A stretch of 63,759 nucleotides of DNA, the filler included, from Reticulomyxa filosa (Eukaryota > Protista > Foraminifera): the NCBI GenBank assembly GCA_000512085.1. It is 24 parts of 24 records of this genome, joined end to end, with 100 filler letters (N's around TTAATTAATTAA, not from the genome) between each part and the next. Parts side by side here need not be neighbours in the genome. Positions count along the whole stretch, not along the records: positions 52,580 to 55,340 come from ASPP01010443.1; positions 55,441 to 57,833 come from ASPP01020722.1; positions 57,934 to 60,943 come from ASPP01014579.1; positions 61,044 to 63,759 come from ASPP01000712.1; 20 more parts are not named here. The stretch is one strand, 5' to 3'. A model generated the notes under the pieces. It was not told where the DNA came from and ran no database searches. It saw nothing but the letters and a program-made list of their open reading frames with translations. The first letter of the stretch is position 1. Each line of letters begins with the position of its first letter. Position numbers and translations under genes: made by a program. Shown piece after piece: positions 53,044 through 63,759 of this stretch.

Positions 53044-54499
53044 TTCGTTATTTATCTACATTCCAACAACACAACCCTTTTTTTTTTCACGTTTTCTTTT
53101 TAACACACACACTTTAACTGCATAATTTGGCCATTCTCCTTCAAGGCCGTTCGATATATCAATACTATTTTCCCTTTTGTATTGCGATTATTAAAAAAAA
53201 TAAAAATAAAAATGTATGCTTGGCAAATATACCAAAAAAAAACTGTATATAAATCAATCAATAAAAATTATACAATCCTATTTCAAGAAGGTGTGATCTT
53301 GGAGAACACAATACAAAAGCAAATTTACCTTGTCCATGTGCCTTGCGCATCCGGTGTCTCTACTCCGCTTTGTCGGAACGCAAGTGACGAAAATTTGGTG
53401 ATGCTTGTGTGTGTTGGGCTGAGTGGTGCGGATAAAAGGTCAGGAGAACCCAACTTAGAGGAATACTTGTGCAGAAACATTTGTTTTATTCTTGATTTAA
53501 AGCTTACACACAAGAGAAAAAAACAAAAAATACAGTCAAAAAAAAAAATTAGGGGGAGGGGACTTTGTTTGATTTGCAAAGTGTACGTGTCATATACTCA
53601 CATTTTGTGTGCATGCTTTTCCTGCTAAGCCAACCCTTTCATTTTGTATGATCAGCGTTTTAAGGTGTTCTGTTTTCGAACGAGATGTGCACTTGTTCAT
53701 AATGAAACAAAAATTTTATGTTTTCACTATCACAATCGCTACTGATCCAAAAGAATAATCCAAAGACCCATTATCATCAAAAAATGTTGTTCATTTTGAA
53801 AGTGTTCCCCCAGCCAACAAATAACACATATCGGGGAAACAGAAACGTGAGAAAAAATATAAAACAAAACAAATTCTCCAAATCCGGATGGTTCAATGCA
53901 AGCAAACAGTATGTAATCAAGCAACTTGCTCAAATTACAGTGTGTATCTTAAAAATAAGTTGCAAATAGTGTGTAACAATGAGACTTTAACATTCGATAA
54001 TTTTAAAATCATCCGTCAATTTATGATAGACCCAGAATAAATAGACGGTTTATGTATAGATTTTAACAGTATATGCCCATCGTCGGGCTATTCTCATTTT
54101 CGTGTTAACTGTTTTGTATAAAGATGAAAGTGATCATTAAATTCATCTCTACTGTATTGCTTGTTTTTCGAAATGCTATGTTTCATTGGAAAATGTGTCT
54201 CTGTCAACTTATATCATTTTCTACTACAACTAGCATTTTAAAAACAATGAGCAAAGAAACATATTTTCTCTGCTTTCGACAAACAATGTAATGTCTCCTT
54301 TGGATTAAAATACAAAAATGAAAACTAGGAAATATAGCAACTTCTCAATAGAACTTATATAGCGAAAAAGTTTGTTCACGCATTCGTGCTATGTAGCACT
54401 TTATTGCTTCAAAAGTATCACGCAGAGATTGGTCTTATTTTTTGTTTTAATTGTATTAAATTTATTGAAACCCGCTGCACGACCAAGAGTATCTCTATA

Positions 54500-55270
54500 G
54501 ACCGGTGAGCGTCTGCAGCAAGTGAAACAAAATGGATATGACCTGAGTAAATTTTTTTTTTTAACGAGGATGCTGAATAACAATAGCCTTGAATGGAATA
54601 TGAGCGAAATCCTTGAAGTAAGTATTAAGACAGATAAATGAAAGAAAAAAAATGACGGCATTATACAATATAAAGTGGTGCGTTTCCGTCACCCAATTTT
54701 GCTTGTGTATAGAAATCAGCTGTTCCAATACATTTGCAGCCCTATATGTCCTCAACGGATCGTTTTTGGATTCATCGTCTACCACAAAGTCTCGCCAACG
54801 ATCAGTTTTGTTTTTATCCTCCGAAAAATATGTACCTCTGTTTATTCCTTTCAAAATATTAGAGGGAGGAGAGCTAAAGGAAAAACAAAATTGTCATATT
54901 TTTGTTGTTGTAAAAAAAAAGACTCTTTTTCCAAAGCTATGTTATTGCAAATTAAGATTTTTTTTAAACAAATTTTTTAAATTAATTCGGAGAAAGAAAA
55001 AAAAAACGTTTCTTGGGGCGGGGGGAAAAAATGAGACAGGAACAAAAGCGCAGCCGAGAAAACAAAGAAAATTTCGGCTGTCAGCAGAATGTAATGTTGA
55101 CATCTTGGTGTGAAAATGACTATGGCAAACAAATGGACTGCAAAAACGAGCGATTGAAACAGTTGATGGAAGATTTGGGAGCATCAGATACGTGGCGTTC
55201 TTCATTGTCACCCTCCTCACCATTGACCACAAAAAAGAAAAAGAATCCCAAGTTTGTGTATCTTCCAAAC
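54500..55270 (-). CDS. Hypothetical protein, 3' exons
   Basis: Coding-like blocks at about 55100-55270 and 54655-54835 are separated by A-rich introns. Confidence 0.35.
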
Positions 55271-55642
55271 CATTTCCTTCCTATTTTTTTATCAAAAAAC
55301 AAAGTGAATGCAAGGGGTGTATGGCTGCAAAAAAAAAAAANNNNNNNNNNNNNNNNNNNNNNNNNNNNNNNNNNNNNNNNNNNNTTAATTAATTAANNNN
55401 NNNNNNNNNNNNNNNNNNNNNNNNNNNNNNNNNNNNNNNNAACAAAAAACGTATTTACGTTTTTTTTTTTTTTTTTTTGCTACAAAAAGCAACCCGTTTT
55501 TTTTTTTTTTTTTTTGGTGAACCTAGATAAGTAGCACTGTACCTGATGTATGTGTTCCTCACGGGACAAAATACAATTAGTAAGTTTTTGTGTCGCGTTT
55601 TTGCGAGGTCACTATCAACAATAGAAACAAACAACAACAAAA

Positions 55643-56573
55643 ATGACTAATAGTTATTACAAATGGACCTGTGGCAGCGGTTATTTGGTTTACGAGGAGT
55701 TTTACGGCGATTCCACGTGCTACTACTACTCCCCAAGCTACAGCAAAAACTATTATGACTCAACTTATTGCAACGTCTCGAGTTCGTGCTATTCTTCCAC
55801 GGTTTATGGACAATTGGATACGGTTACTATACCAGTTATTCCAATACTACTACTAGTGCCGCTGGTGCTATCGTTGGAATTGTTGTTGGCCTGGTCGTTT
55901 TCTTCATTTGTTTGTCGTTCCTTTGCTGGTGCACTGGAGGATATACTAGACTGAGCAGATCATTATTCGGGTAAAAGTCTGTGAATGGAGGAAAGGAGGG
56001 GAGGAATGGTTTTCCATTTTGTTTTGAGATAAAAAGAGTTCTTTCTTACGTATACATCACATCAAAAAAAATTGTTGTATGAAACATCACGAATAAAAAT
56101 AAAAAAAAAGCCCTGTGGTCGTTCTTGGTGGTACAAGACCTGCTCCTACTGTTGTGATGGCCCCAACAACAACGTCGACAACAACCCAAAAGACAGTTGT
56201 TAATGTGAATGTGCAACAACCCCAGACACAACAGCAACAACCGGGAGTGATAACATCGCAATACAGCATGCAGCCACAGTATGTAACACCCCAACCCCAG
56301 TATGGAAACCAAGTACCTCAATACCAGACCCCTCAATATCAGAACCAACAATACCCGAATCAACAATACCAGAATCAGCAATATCCTCAGTATGGAAACC
56401 AGTATTATTCTCAACAACCTGTACAGTATCAAGTCTCAGGCCAATCCCAGCCATATGCCTATACAACGCCCTCAGCTCCAGGTGTTAATGCTAGCAATAA
56501 CGCCTATCCAGTTTATTCACAAGTTTCTGCAGAACCAGGTACTGAAACCGAAGGGCAAATAACCAATAATTAA
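55643..56573 (+). CDS. Single-pass membrane protein: Tyr/Cys/Ser-rich ectodomain, TM helix, Gln/Tyr/Pro-rich tail (CYYR1/Shisa-like architecture)
   Basis: Y/C-rich ORF from 55643 with a 1-nt frameshift near 55810, TM AAGAIVGIVVGLVVFFICLSFLCWC, an in-frame intron at 55971-56110, then QYQNQQYP repeats and PSAP. Confidence 0.7.
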
Positions 56574-57119
56574 TTTTTTCTCTATCAGTGTTGGTGTAAA
56601 AAGAGGAAGCGGGGATTTATAAGCCGCTTTGCAGTCGGTTTTAGGATTTTTTTTTGAAAATTTTCAATGAGATTTTACTTGTTCAACTTTTGCTACTTTG
56701 GCTCTAATTGCACGAAAATTCGAGCAAATTGTAGATCTTGTATATACATTCAACAAATATACAATACAAGATATGACAATTAGCAATTTGATTTGCGGTT
56801 TTCCTTGCTACTGAAATAATGGCCACTACTTTTGAAGTACCAGATCTCACTTAGGATCATGGCCTCGCAAACTTAGAGCATATCTTTTTGCGTGTAACTA
56901 TTTACTACTGCAATCATCCAAAAAAAAAAATTAGTTTTAATAGATTATTGTAAGATCAAAAAGAAGTTGATATTATAATTAATATTTCGAAAGAATTTTT
57001 TAGTTGTTAATTGCAAACGATTGATGTAGTTGCAATCAGTTTATATGTAGTGCAACAGTGTTTTCAAAAGTGCAACTGGTTTGAAGGGGCCGTAAAAAAT
57101 TTTGTTGAAGTATTCTAGG

Positions 57120-57784
57120 ATGGCGACGAATTTCAATATGAACGATACTCAAGTTATCCCGAGAAGTATTTTGGTTGATGAGCTTGGTCTTAGTGCCGAA
57201 ACTTGCGGCCTGATAGAAATACTGTTGGAGCGAAGTCAACACGAAGAGGAACAAGTTCTGTTTTTAAGTCAAGAGCTAGCAGCGAATCGAGATCGATTGG
57301 CAGCCCCATTGCTTCGACCAGTTGAGAGCAACATAGTGAAGCAATGAGAACGACATATGGCAGCATTGTTTTTTGTGTATATATGTGTGTGTGTGTGTGT
57401 GTTTGAAAGCAACCTTACGATTCTCGACTGGAGGACACAATCCGAAATGGCGGGTCGTTTGAATTGGAAGGACTTAGTGAAAAGCTGGAATTGCGAATGG
57501 CAGACCAAATCGACTTTGTGAAGAAATTTGCACAAGGAGTAAATTTAAATCAAAAGCATGTGTTGGCCTTGTTTCACTATGCGCAAGGCATTCGAAATGC
57601 CGAGGCCGCGTCTTTGAAACAAAGACAAGACGACTCCCTTGTGATGAGAGAAAGTGATATTCGTGGTTCCACCAGTGCAGAACGAGAGTCGTCGACAGAA
57701 GAGAAAACGGCAGAGAAAATTGTGATTAGATTATTTTTTAATGGTCGCTTGGAAAGACTTAAATTGTGCGTCAAATTGTTATTG
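57120..57784 (+). CDS. Hypothetical protein, 5' exons
   Basis: MATNFNMND...APLLRP, an intron containing (GT)n at about 57322-57409, then a second exon ending at a gttagt donor near 57785. Confidence 0.55.
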
Positions 57785-57798
57785 GTTAGTTTCCCTCC

Positions 57799-57833
<35 letters not shown>

Positions 57834-58021
57834 NNNNNNNNNNNNNNNNNNNNNNNNNNNNNNNNNNNNNNNNNNNNTTAATTAATTAANNNNNNNNNNN
57901 NNNNNNNNNNNNNNNNNNNNNNNNNNNNNNNNNAAAATTTTTTTTTTTTTTTTTTTTTTTTGAAAAAAAAAAAAAAAGTGCAGAAATTTCCAAACAAAAC
58001 AAAATTAAAAAAAAAACGTGC

Positions 58022-58555
58022 CGTCATAAGTCTGTTTTTCAGACGCTCTGACCATTTTCTCCAATTCCTCGTTTTCATTTGTAGCTTGCTGATCTGGTGT
58101 GGTCGGTGTAGTTGGTGTGTCCGCTTTGTTCTCGTGGTGGTCATCAATCGGGACGGACCCACGGCTTTGAGATGCCTTTGTGTTGTGGCTCTTTCGAAAT
58201 GGCTGCATTGTCATGCTCCTTTTTTTTAGCTTTTTTGCTCCTGTCTTGCTACTTTTGCCTCCCTTCTTTTGGTTTTTTCTTTCCAAAAATTGCTGCTTTA
58301 AAAATTCTTTCAACTCGTTTTTACGCTTTAATTGTGCATTTTCATGATTTTCAAATATCTCCAAAGACGGACTCGGAACACGCACTTTTAATTCATCGCC
58401 ATATGATATCACCAAAAAATATTCCACTAGCCGATGCTCTTTGCTGGGCGCACCATCGAGCATCGTCCCAACGGTCGGTTTGTTTGGGAGACTTACTTGA
58501 TTGAACCGTTGGACTGAGGAGACACTGTCCTCCCTTTTGTTTGTACATTCGTCAT
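58022..58555 (-). CDS. DENN-domain (Rab GEF) protein, first exon
   Basis: HRLVEYFLVISY resembles the uDENN N-terminal RLxDYFxVVG motif and is followed by a low-complexity insert. GT donor near 58021. Confidence 0.55.
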
Positions 58556-59521
58556 TTTTTTATAAAAAAAGATTATCACTTTAAATTCACAAAACACTAT
58601 CTTATAACCCACCTTGGCGCTGGGGACATATCACGTTGAATGCTCATGTTCAGATTATATATATGATGTGCTAAAAAAATTCATTTACCAAAAACCGTCT
58701 AAATTTATATATTTTGTATTGAAATATCAAGAGAGACAAGTCAAATGACATCACTTTAGTTAACTAAAACTTACATTAAATATACATGAGCAAGAAAAAA
58801 GAATTGCAGCAGTTCGATAATTTGACTATGCAATCAGCAACAGAAATGATGCTAATCTTCTAACGTGTTGTGAAAAAAATAGTTGTTATACTAATGTTAT
58901 CAATTGCAGTGACAAAATTAGACACTATTTTAAAGAAAAACTCGTTTTGTCAGATTATTTAGCTCTGTTTGGACAAAATTTTTTGTATTTATCTGGTATA
59001 TTTAGGTTACATATGTATTGTTCAATTATTTTTAGCTTCTTGTGGCATCGCAATTAATTGTTTTTACGTCATAACTTGTGGAACATGTTATGCTTTATCC
59101 TAAAAAAATCAATATAAGAAAAAGTTTTTGTTTTTGATAAAATGTCAGTGCAAATGACTATTTGTCACAACATATGCTTTAATCAATACTTTTTAAGAAA
59201 CTCAGGGAATAATGATCTACTTAACTTAATCTGGTTAGAGTCAATATCTGAAATAATTGAAATATGGTATCTTATTTCAATGGAGAAATTGTCCGATTGG
59301 CAGACTCTTTTTCGTCTTCAAATGCTCAACGATCAATTTCTTTAGTAGCTTTTTATTTACAATTTTTAGTGATATTTTAATTTATAATTCAGAGATTATT
59401 TTGTCTAAAGTAATGATAATCAGTTTTACAACTAAAATTTTCCAAAAAGTTTCGAAAAAATCTTTGGCTGAGGTTGCAAGAGGATCCGAACAAATAAAAT
59501 TGAAAGCGACGTCAGTCAATC

Positions 59522-60868
59522 ATGTCTTTATTGGGTAATCTTTGGTTGATAATTTTACCAATTATTGTGAGCTGGTATGCACTTCTGACTCATGGAAAAG
59601 TCTTGGAGGGTGCGACGGTGATGGACAGTGCCAAAGGATGGCAGGCAATGGTGCAAGTGAACACCAAGCAGAATAAAGTGACCATCTACATGTCGTGTGT
59701 AGCCGGAGTTTGGTAAGTGCTGTCTTTTGCAATCAGAAGCGATAGGAGTGAGTATGAAGAAGAAGAAGAAACAAAAGGAGGAAAGAAAAGCAATAAACAA
59801 TATTAAAACTAAACAAAGCAAAATAAATAAAAAAAAAAGGTTTGGTTTGGGTTTTGGAAATCAAACTGCAAATGGCACGTATGCGATAACAGTGGACGGG
59901 AATGGGACAGTAACGGAAAGACAAATAAGTGGGAACAGTACGGGAATAGACCTAAGTGCAAAAGGAATGATTGAAGTGATAAAATCGTCAGTAATGGACG
60001 ATTCACAACACCGTTACTTGTACAGATATGTGGTTGTGGAGAGAAACCTGACAGGTATCGACACAAGATATTTTTCATTTCCAACACAAAATAAGTCGAG
60101 TATTGCCGTAACTTTCATGCGTAGTAGCAGCACGTCTTACTTTTCGACTCCTTTGATCAACGGCTCTCAAACACTGACCTTAACTACCATGAGTTGCAGC
60201 GTTTTGCGAGGTTACGTTGCGTTGTCCAATGGCGACACTTTACTCTCTTCCATTCCTTTGTTTGGTCCATTTCAGTACCCAAACATCTCATGGACCAACG
60301 TGGTCGTGTTATCCACCAACGCAGAGTTCGATTATTGCACCAATGGCTTTGGGACCAATATCAACAAGTCGATTGTTTTATTGCCCAGAGGCGGAAATTG
60401 CACTGAGCATCAAAAAGTATTGCTAGCTCAATATGCAGGTACATTTAAAAAAAAAAAAAAAAAAATTCTAACTTACCCCCTTTTTTTTATTTCCTTAAAA
60501 AAAAAAAAAAATTTTTCAAATAAAAAAAAAAGGTGCCGTTGCGGTGTTAATCTACGACAATGAGGATGTGACTGCCGTTGAAGAGATCGTCGAGGACGAG
60601 GGAAATTTGACAATTCCTCTTATCCCCTTTCGGATGATAAGCCAATCGGATGGGTGGAACATAAGAGCATTGGGAAACGACGTCACGGCTCAGTTCCAAT
60701 GCTTCAGCGGGAAATACCCGGCCTCGTTGTGCTTCTCTGATGGCAATGGAGATCGTTGGGATCTCAATGGAGACTACCAATTGCAAGCCTCGTCTTGTGA
60801 AAGCTGTGGTCCGTTGTGGGAAAGAAAGGGCTTTCCTGGGATTCTTTTGGACACATACCTTTACTATT
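59522..60868 (+). CDS. Secreted/membrane protein with DOMON-like domain and PA (protease-associated) domain (3'-truncated)
   Basis: Signal peptide, then DOMON-like VTIYMS..GVW|FGLGFG...TYAI...VTER...VVVERNL, then PA IVLLPRGGNCTEHQKVLLAQYAG|AVAVLIYDN...IPFRMISQSDG. In-frame introns at 59713-59839 and 60439-60532. Confidence 0.82.
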
Positions 60869-60912
60869 GTATGTGTTTCTGTGTCTGTGTGTTTGTTGTT
60901 TCTTCTTCTTCT

Positions 60913-60943
<31 letters not shown>

Positions 60944-61043
60944 NNNNNNNNNNNNNNNNNNNNNNNNNNNNNNNNNNNNNNNNNNNNTTAATTAATTAAN
61001 NNNNNNNNNNNNNNNNNNNNNNNNNNNNNNNNNNNNNNNNNNN

Positions 61044-61176
61044 TTTAAAAACTACAAGATTTGTAGATATTTTTTTAAAAAAAAATTAGTTCTAAATGTT
61101 GACTTTTCATGGAGAAAATCAATTATCATCATAGGATGTCGTTTTAGGCGTTCAGTTTTCTTTGCAATCTACTGTA
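61044..61176. mobile_element. Second, diverged copy (right arm) of the foldback/MITE element
   Basis: gtagatatttttt...taaatgttgacttttcatggagaaaatcaattatc...ttttaggcg...ctactgta aligns with 42508-42635. Similarity stops exactly after ctactgta. Confidence 0.75.
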
Positions 61177-62734
61177 TAAATGTGTATTTTGTCATTAACA
61201 TAGTATTAATTGAAATGAAATATGCTTGTAAAGCTTCAAACAATTTTTTTGTTCGATGATATTGTGCAAAATGGCAATGCAGTATTGAATATGCCTTCTA
61301 ACTCAATATACAATCTAAATTTTTATATTATGAAGTGTATGTTATATTTCAAAAAATACATTACATTGCACAATTTATACAATTTTGGGATATAGTTGAA
61401 CATATTATGCTCGTTTGGTCCTGCTGGCATATATTACAACATATCTATTGATACTTTGAATAAAAAATACAATAAATCAATATGGTAATAATTATTATAA
61501 TATATCAAATTTTTGAAAACGAAAGTTATGAAGTAATAATTGGTCAAATATGTTTTCAATTTGTGTAAAATTAATGTAGTTTATGTGGACACAAAATTAT
61601 ATAATGATTTTTTGTAAAAATATATAATAATAACTTTTATTCATAAAAAATAAATAAGTATAGTAGTTATAGAAATACTAGCATTAAGTACTCTTGCTTA
61701 AACAAATATACTAGTTATGTTGTTTCTGCTTGCAGTATTGTCATTGTTGGTGACATTTACACATCTTATGCTTATCATCTTGTGTGCTCCAGTTACTAAT
61801 GTACGATCAAGCATATTGGTATCAATGAGCTAGCTTAATAATGTTTTTTTATATCATTTTTTTCAATAAATATTATAAAATATCATTTATTTAAATGTTA
61901 CACACTTTAGACATTCAAATTAATATTTTTTCAAATTATTGAATTGTAATATTGTCTTATAATTAGTCAATTCTTAAAAAAAATAGTCAATAAATAATTG
62001 AACTTTTATTTTTAAAATTATTCATTATAAAAAAAATAATCAAAACAATATCATAGAAAGCAACCTGTCATAAAAGAAAAGTCAATAAAATCTTATGTTC
62101 AGAAAAAATTGAATTGATTATTATTATTTATCGTTTGGAATAGTTTTTTGGTTGGCACTTGCGTGATTATTGCGCTTTCGGCTTTATTATCTTTTTCGTC
62201 AATATTATTCTTTTGTTTTTCTTTTTACTTAATAAAGTTACTTGTGATATTTATAACATCTTTATCTCTAGTAAAGTATTTATTTAAATATTGTTGATAA
62301 TATAATTTGTCTTTTTCTAAAAATGTGACAAAAATGATATAGTCAATTTCATCAATGAAACTGCGTTCATATTATTGACTATCATTTCTGTTAGTTTCAT
62401 AATAAAATATTTGAACTTTTTTTCTGGATTTTTGCACTTATATTTCAATTTTGAATTATTCAACAGTGTTTTTTGCTTTTTCTGTAATGTGAGACCAATT
62501 TTGACTATTCAAACAATTTACGAACCGATCTTAACGCAAATTCGAAATCTTTTTCATTATCAAATACAAAAATGATTGTCTACATATAGCTGATATATAC
62601 TTTTCACAATTCATTCTAAACTCAAGTAATTTCGATCACACACAATATACATAAATATTTTTTAAAATATATATTGTTGAATAAAAGCATACTTAATATA
62701 AACTTGAAAACAAACTCCAAGTTCTTTAGTAACA

Positions 62735-63030
62735 CTAGTTGACAATATCTTCGTCATCTTCCGCTAGTCCAACTGCATAAAGCAGAAATTTGTAAGTCAA
62801 ATTATAACTATTTGTCAATACACATTGACCTGTTGGTACACGATCATCAGTGTTAGCACATCCTGTTTCCAATATGTGCTCACATTACGCTTTTATTCAC
62901 CAGATGAGTCAAATATTGCACTACAAACATCACCGACTGACAATAAGACATCATTTGCGTTCACTGTAAATTCCAAACTTAACTTCGCAATATCTCATTG
63001 ACAATGGAACACAGTTTCATAGTTTCGCGT
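62735..63030 (-). pseudogene. Macro-domain (MacroD/GDAP2-like) pseudogene
   Basis: Manual translation: CQ*DIAKLSLEFTVNANDVLLSVGDVCSAIFDSSGE*.../RVPTGQCVLTNSYNLTYKFLLYAVGL, compared with the consensus QGDIT...AIVNAAN..L..GGGV..AI...AG...TG....T.gyNL..KyviHAVGP. Not in the ORF track. Confidence 0.7.
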
Positions 63031-63759
63031 GGACAGTGTTCCCAAACCAGACAGCGTGGACATTAATTCCAAAAGTACATAGTTTAATCAAGATAAAGAA
63101 CAGTGATTTCAACAAAAACTTTTTGTTACATTAACATCGCCTTTTCTATCAAATGTAGCAATTCTATAAACATAGCTTTTCAAACAAATTAACACTACAA
63201 TTAAAAACTAAAAACTTTTTCCAATCGTATTGCTTGTTATACATACATTCCATTACAAAAGCGCGTTAAACAATATTTTATCAACTTTTTATAAATTTTT
63301 TTTATGAGCTTGTTGCTCCAAAACAAATCTCTCTGCCTTCAAAACAAGAAAAATTCTTCTATGCACAGCATTAACATCATTTTTGTTAAGTAATATTGGC
63401 GATATTACAAGAAGCCCAAGTGTCAATTTCAAATATCATGTTTAGGTTTTTAAAAAGGAATAAAAAATCACACCACGAACAATAATAATAAACAAAACCC
63501 CATTTTTGTGGCGCTTGTTTCGATCCGCCACAAGTTAAGTCAAAAGCAAAACAACAATCCTATGAATTATGCAATACCTTTGTTTCAGTGACAGTGATAT
63601 GGAAAGACTGAAAAAAGCCTTTGCAAAAGCGGTTTGTAAATTTACCAGTGTGCATGTACAGCCATCAAAGAGTGATTTGCTCCCGAAAACTTTAGGCAAG
63701 AAAGGTACCATTAAGTTTTTTTTTTTTTTTTAAGAAAAAAAAAAAAAAAAAAAAAAATT

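Overview
This is not one continuous locus. It is 24 short, unrelated contigs joined by an artificial 100-nt spacer (44 N + TTAATTAATTAA + 44 N, with stops in all six frames), so no synteny can be inferred across spacers. Approximate contigs: 1-4248, 4349-6466, 6567-8379, 8480-10076, 10177-11742, 11843-12979, 13080-14623, 14724-17082, 17183-24595, 24696-25695, 25796-27575, 27676-29072, 29173-30749, 30850-32430, 32531-34861, 34962-36162, 36263-39433, 39534-41351, 41452-50517, 50618-52479, 52580-55340, 55441-57833, 57934-60943, 61044-63759. Twenty-three contigs are AT-rich eukaryotic DNA with short GT-AG introns, expanded Kelch/WD40/HEAT families, many pseudogenes and homopolymer frameshifts. These families look like those of the foraminiferan Reticulomyxa filosa (inference from recall, not a search). 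One contig (11843-12979) is GC-rich bacterial DNA encoding a chemoreceptor and an Hpt protein. Recognisable genes or fragments: a WD40 protein, two protein kinases, the 3' exon of phosphatidylinositol synthase, a HEAT-repeat protein, Kelch proteins (one a complete Kelch-coiled coil-U-box gene), a GT61-like glycosyltransferase, a uDENN N-terminus, a secreted DOMON+PA protein and a Tyr/Cys-rich single-pass membrane protein. Decayed copies include SERCA, malate dehydrogenase, a macro domain, a caspase-like domain, an LRR-multi-TM receptor and a LINE (RT-RNase H). The structurally interesting items are a foldback/MITE family with Tc1-mariner-like ends seen in two contigs, two inversion junctions, poly-A-rich 3' splice sites, a short HWxR...GWIxDF motif shared by WD40 and Kelch proteins, and a giant SAM-led protein resembling an uncharacterised fungal family. 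I find no CRISPR array, no rRNA/tRNA and no convincing multi-gene novel system.
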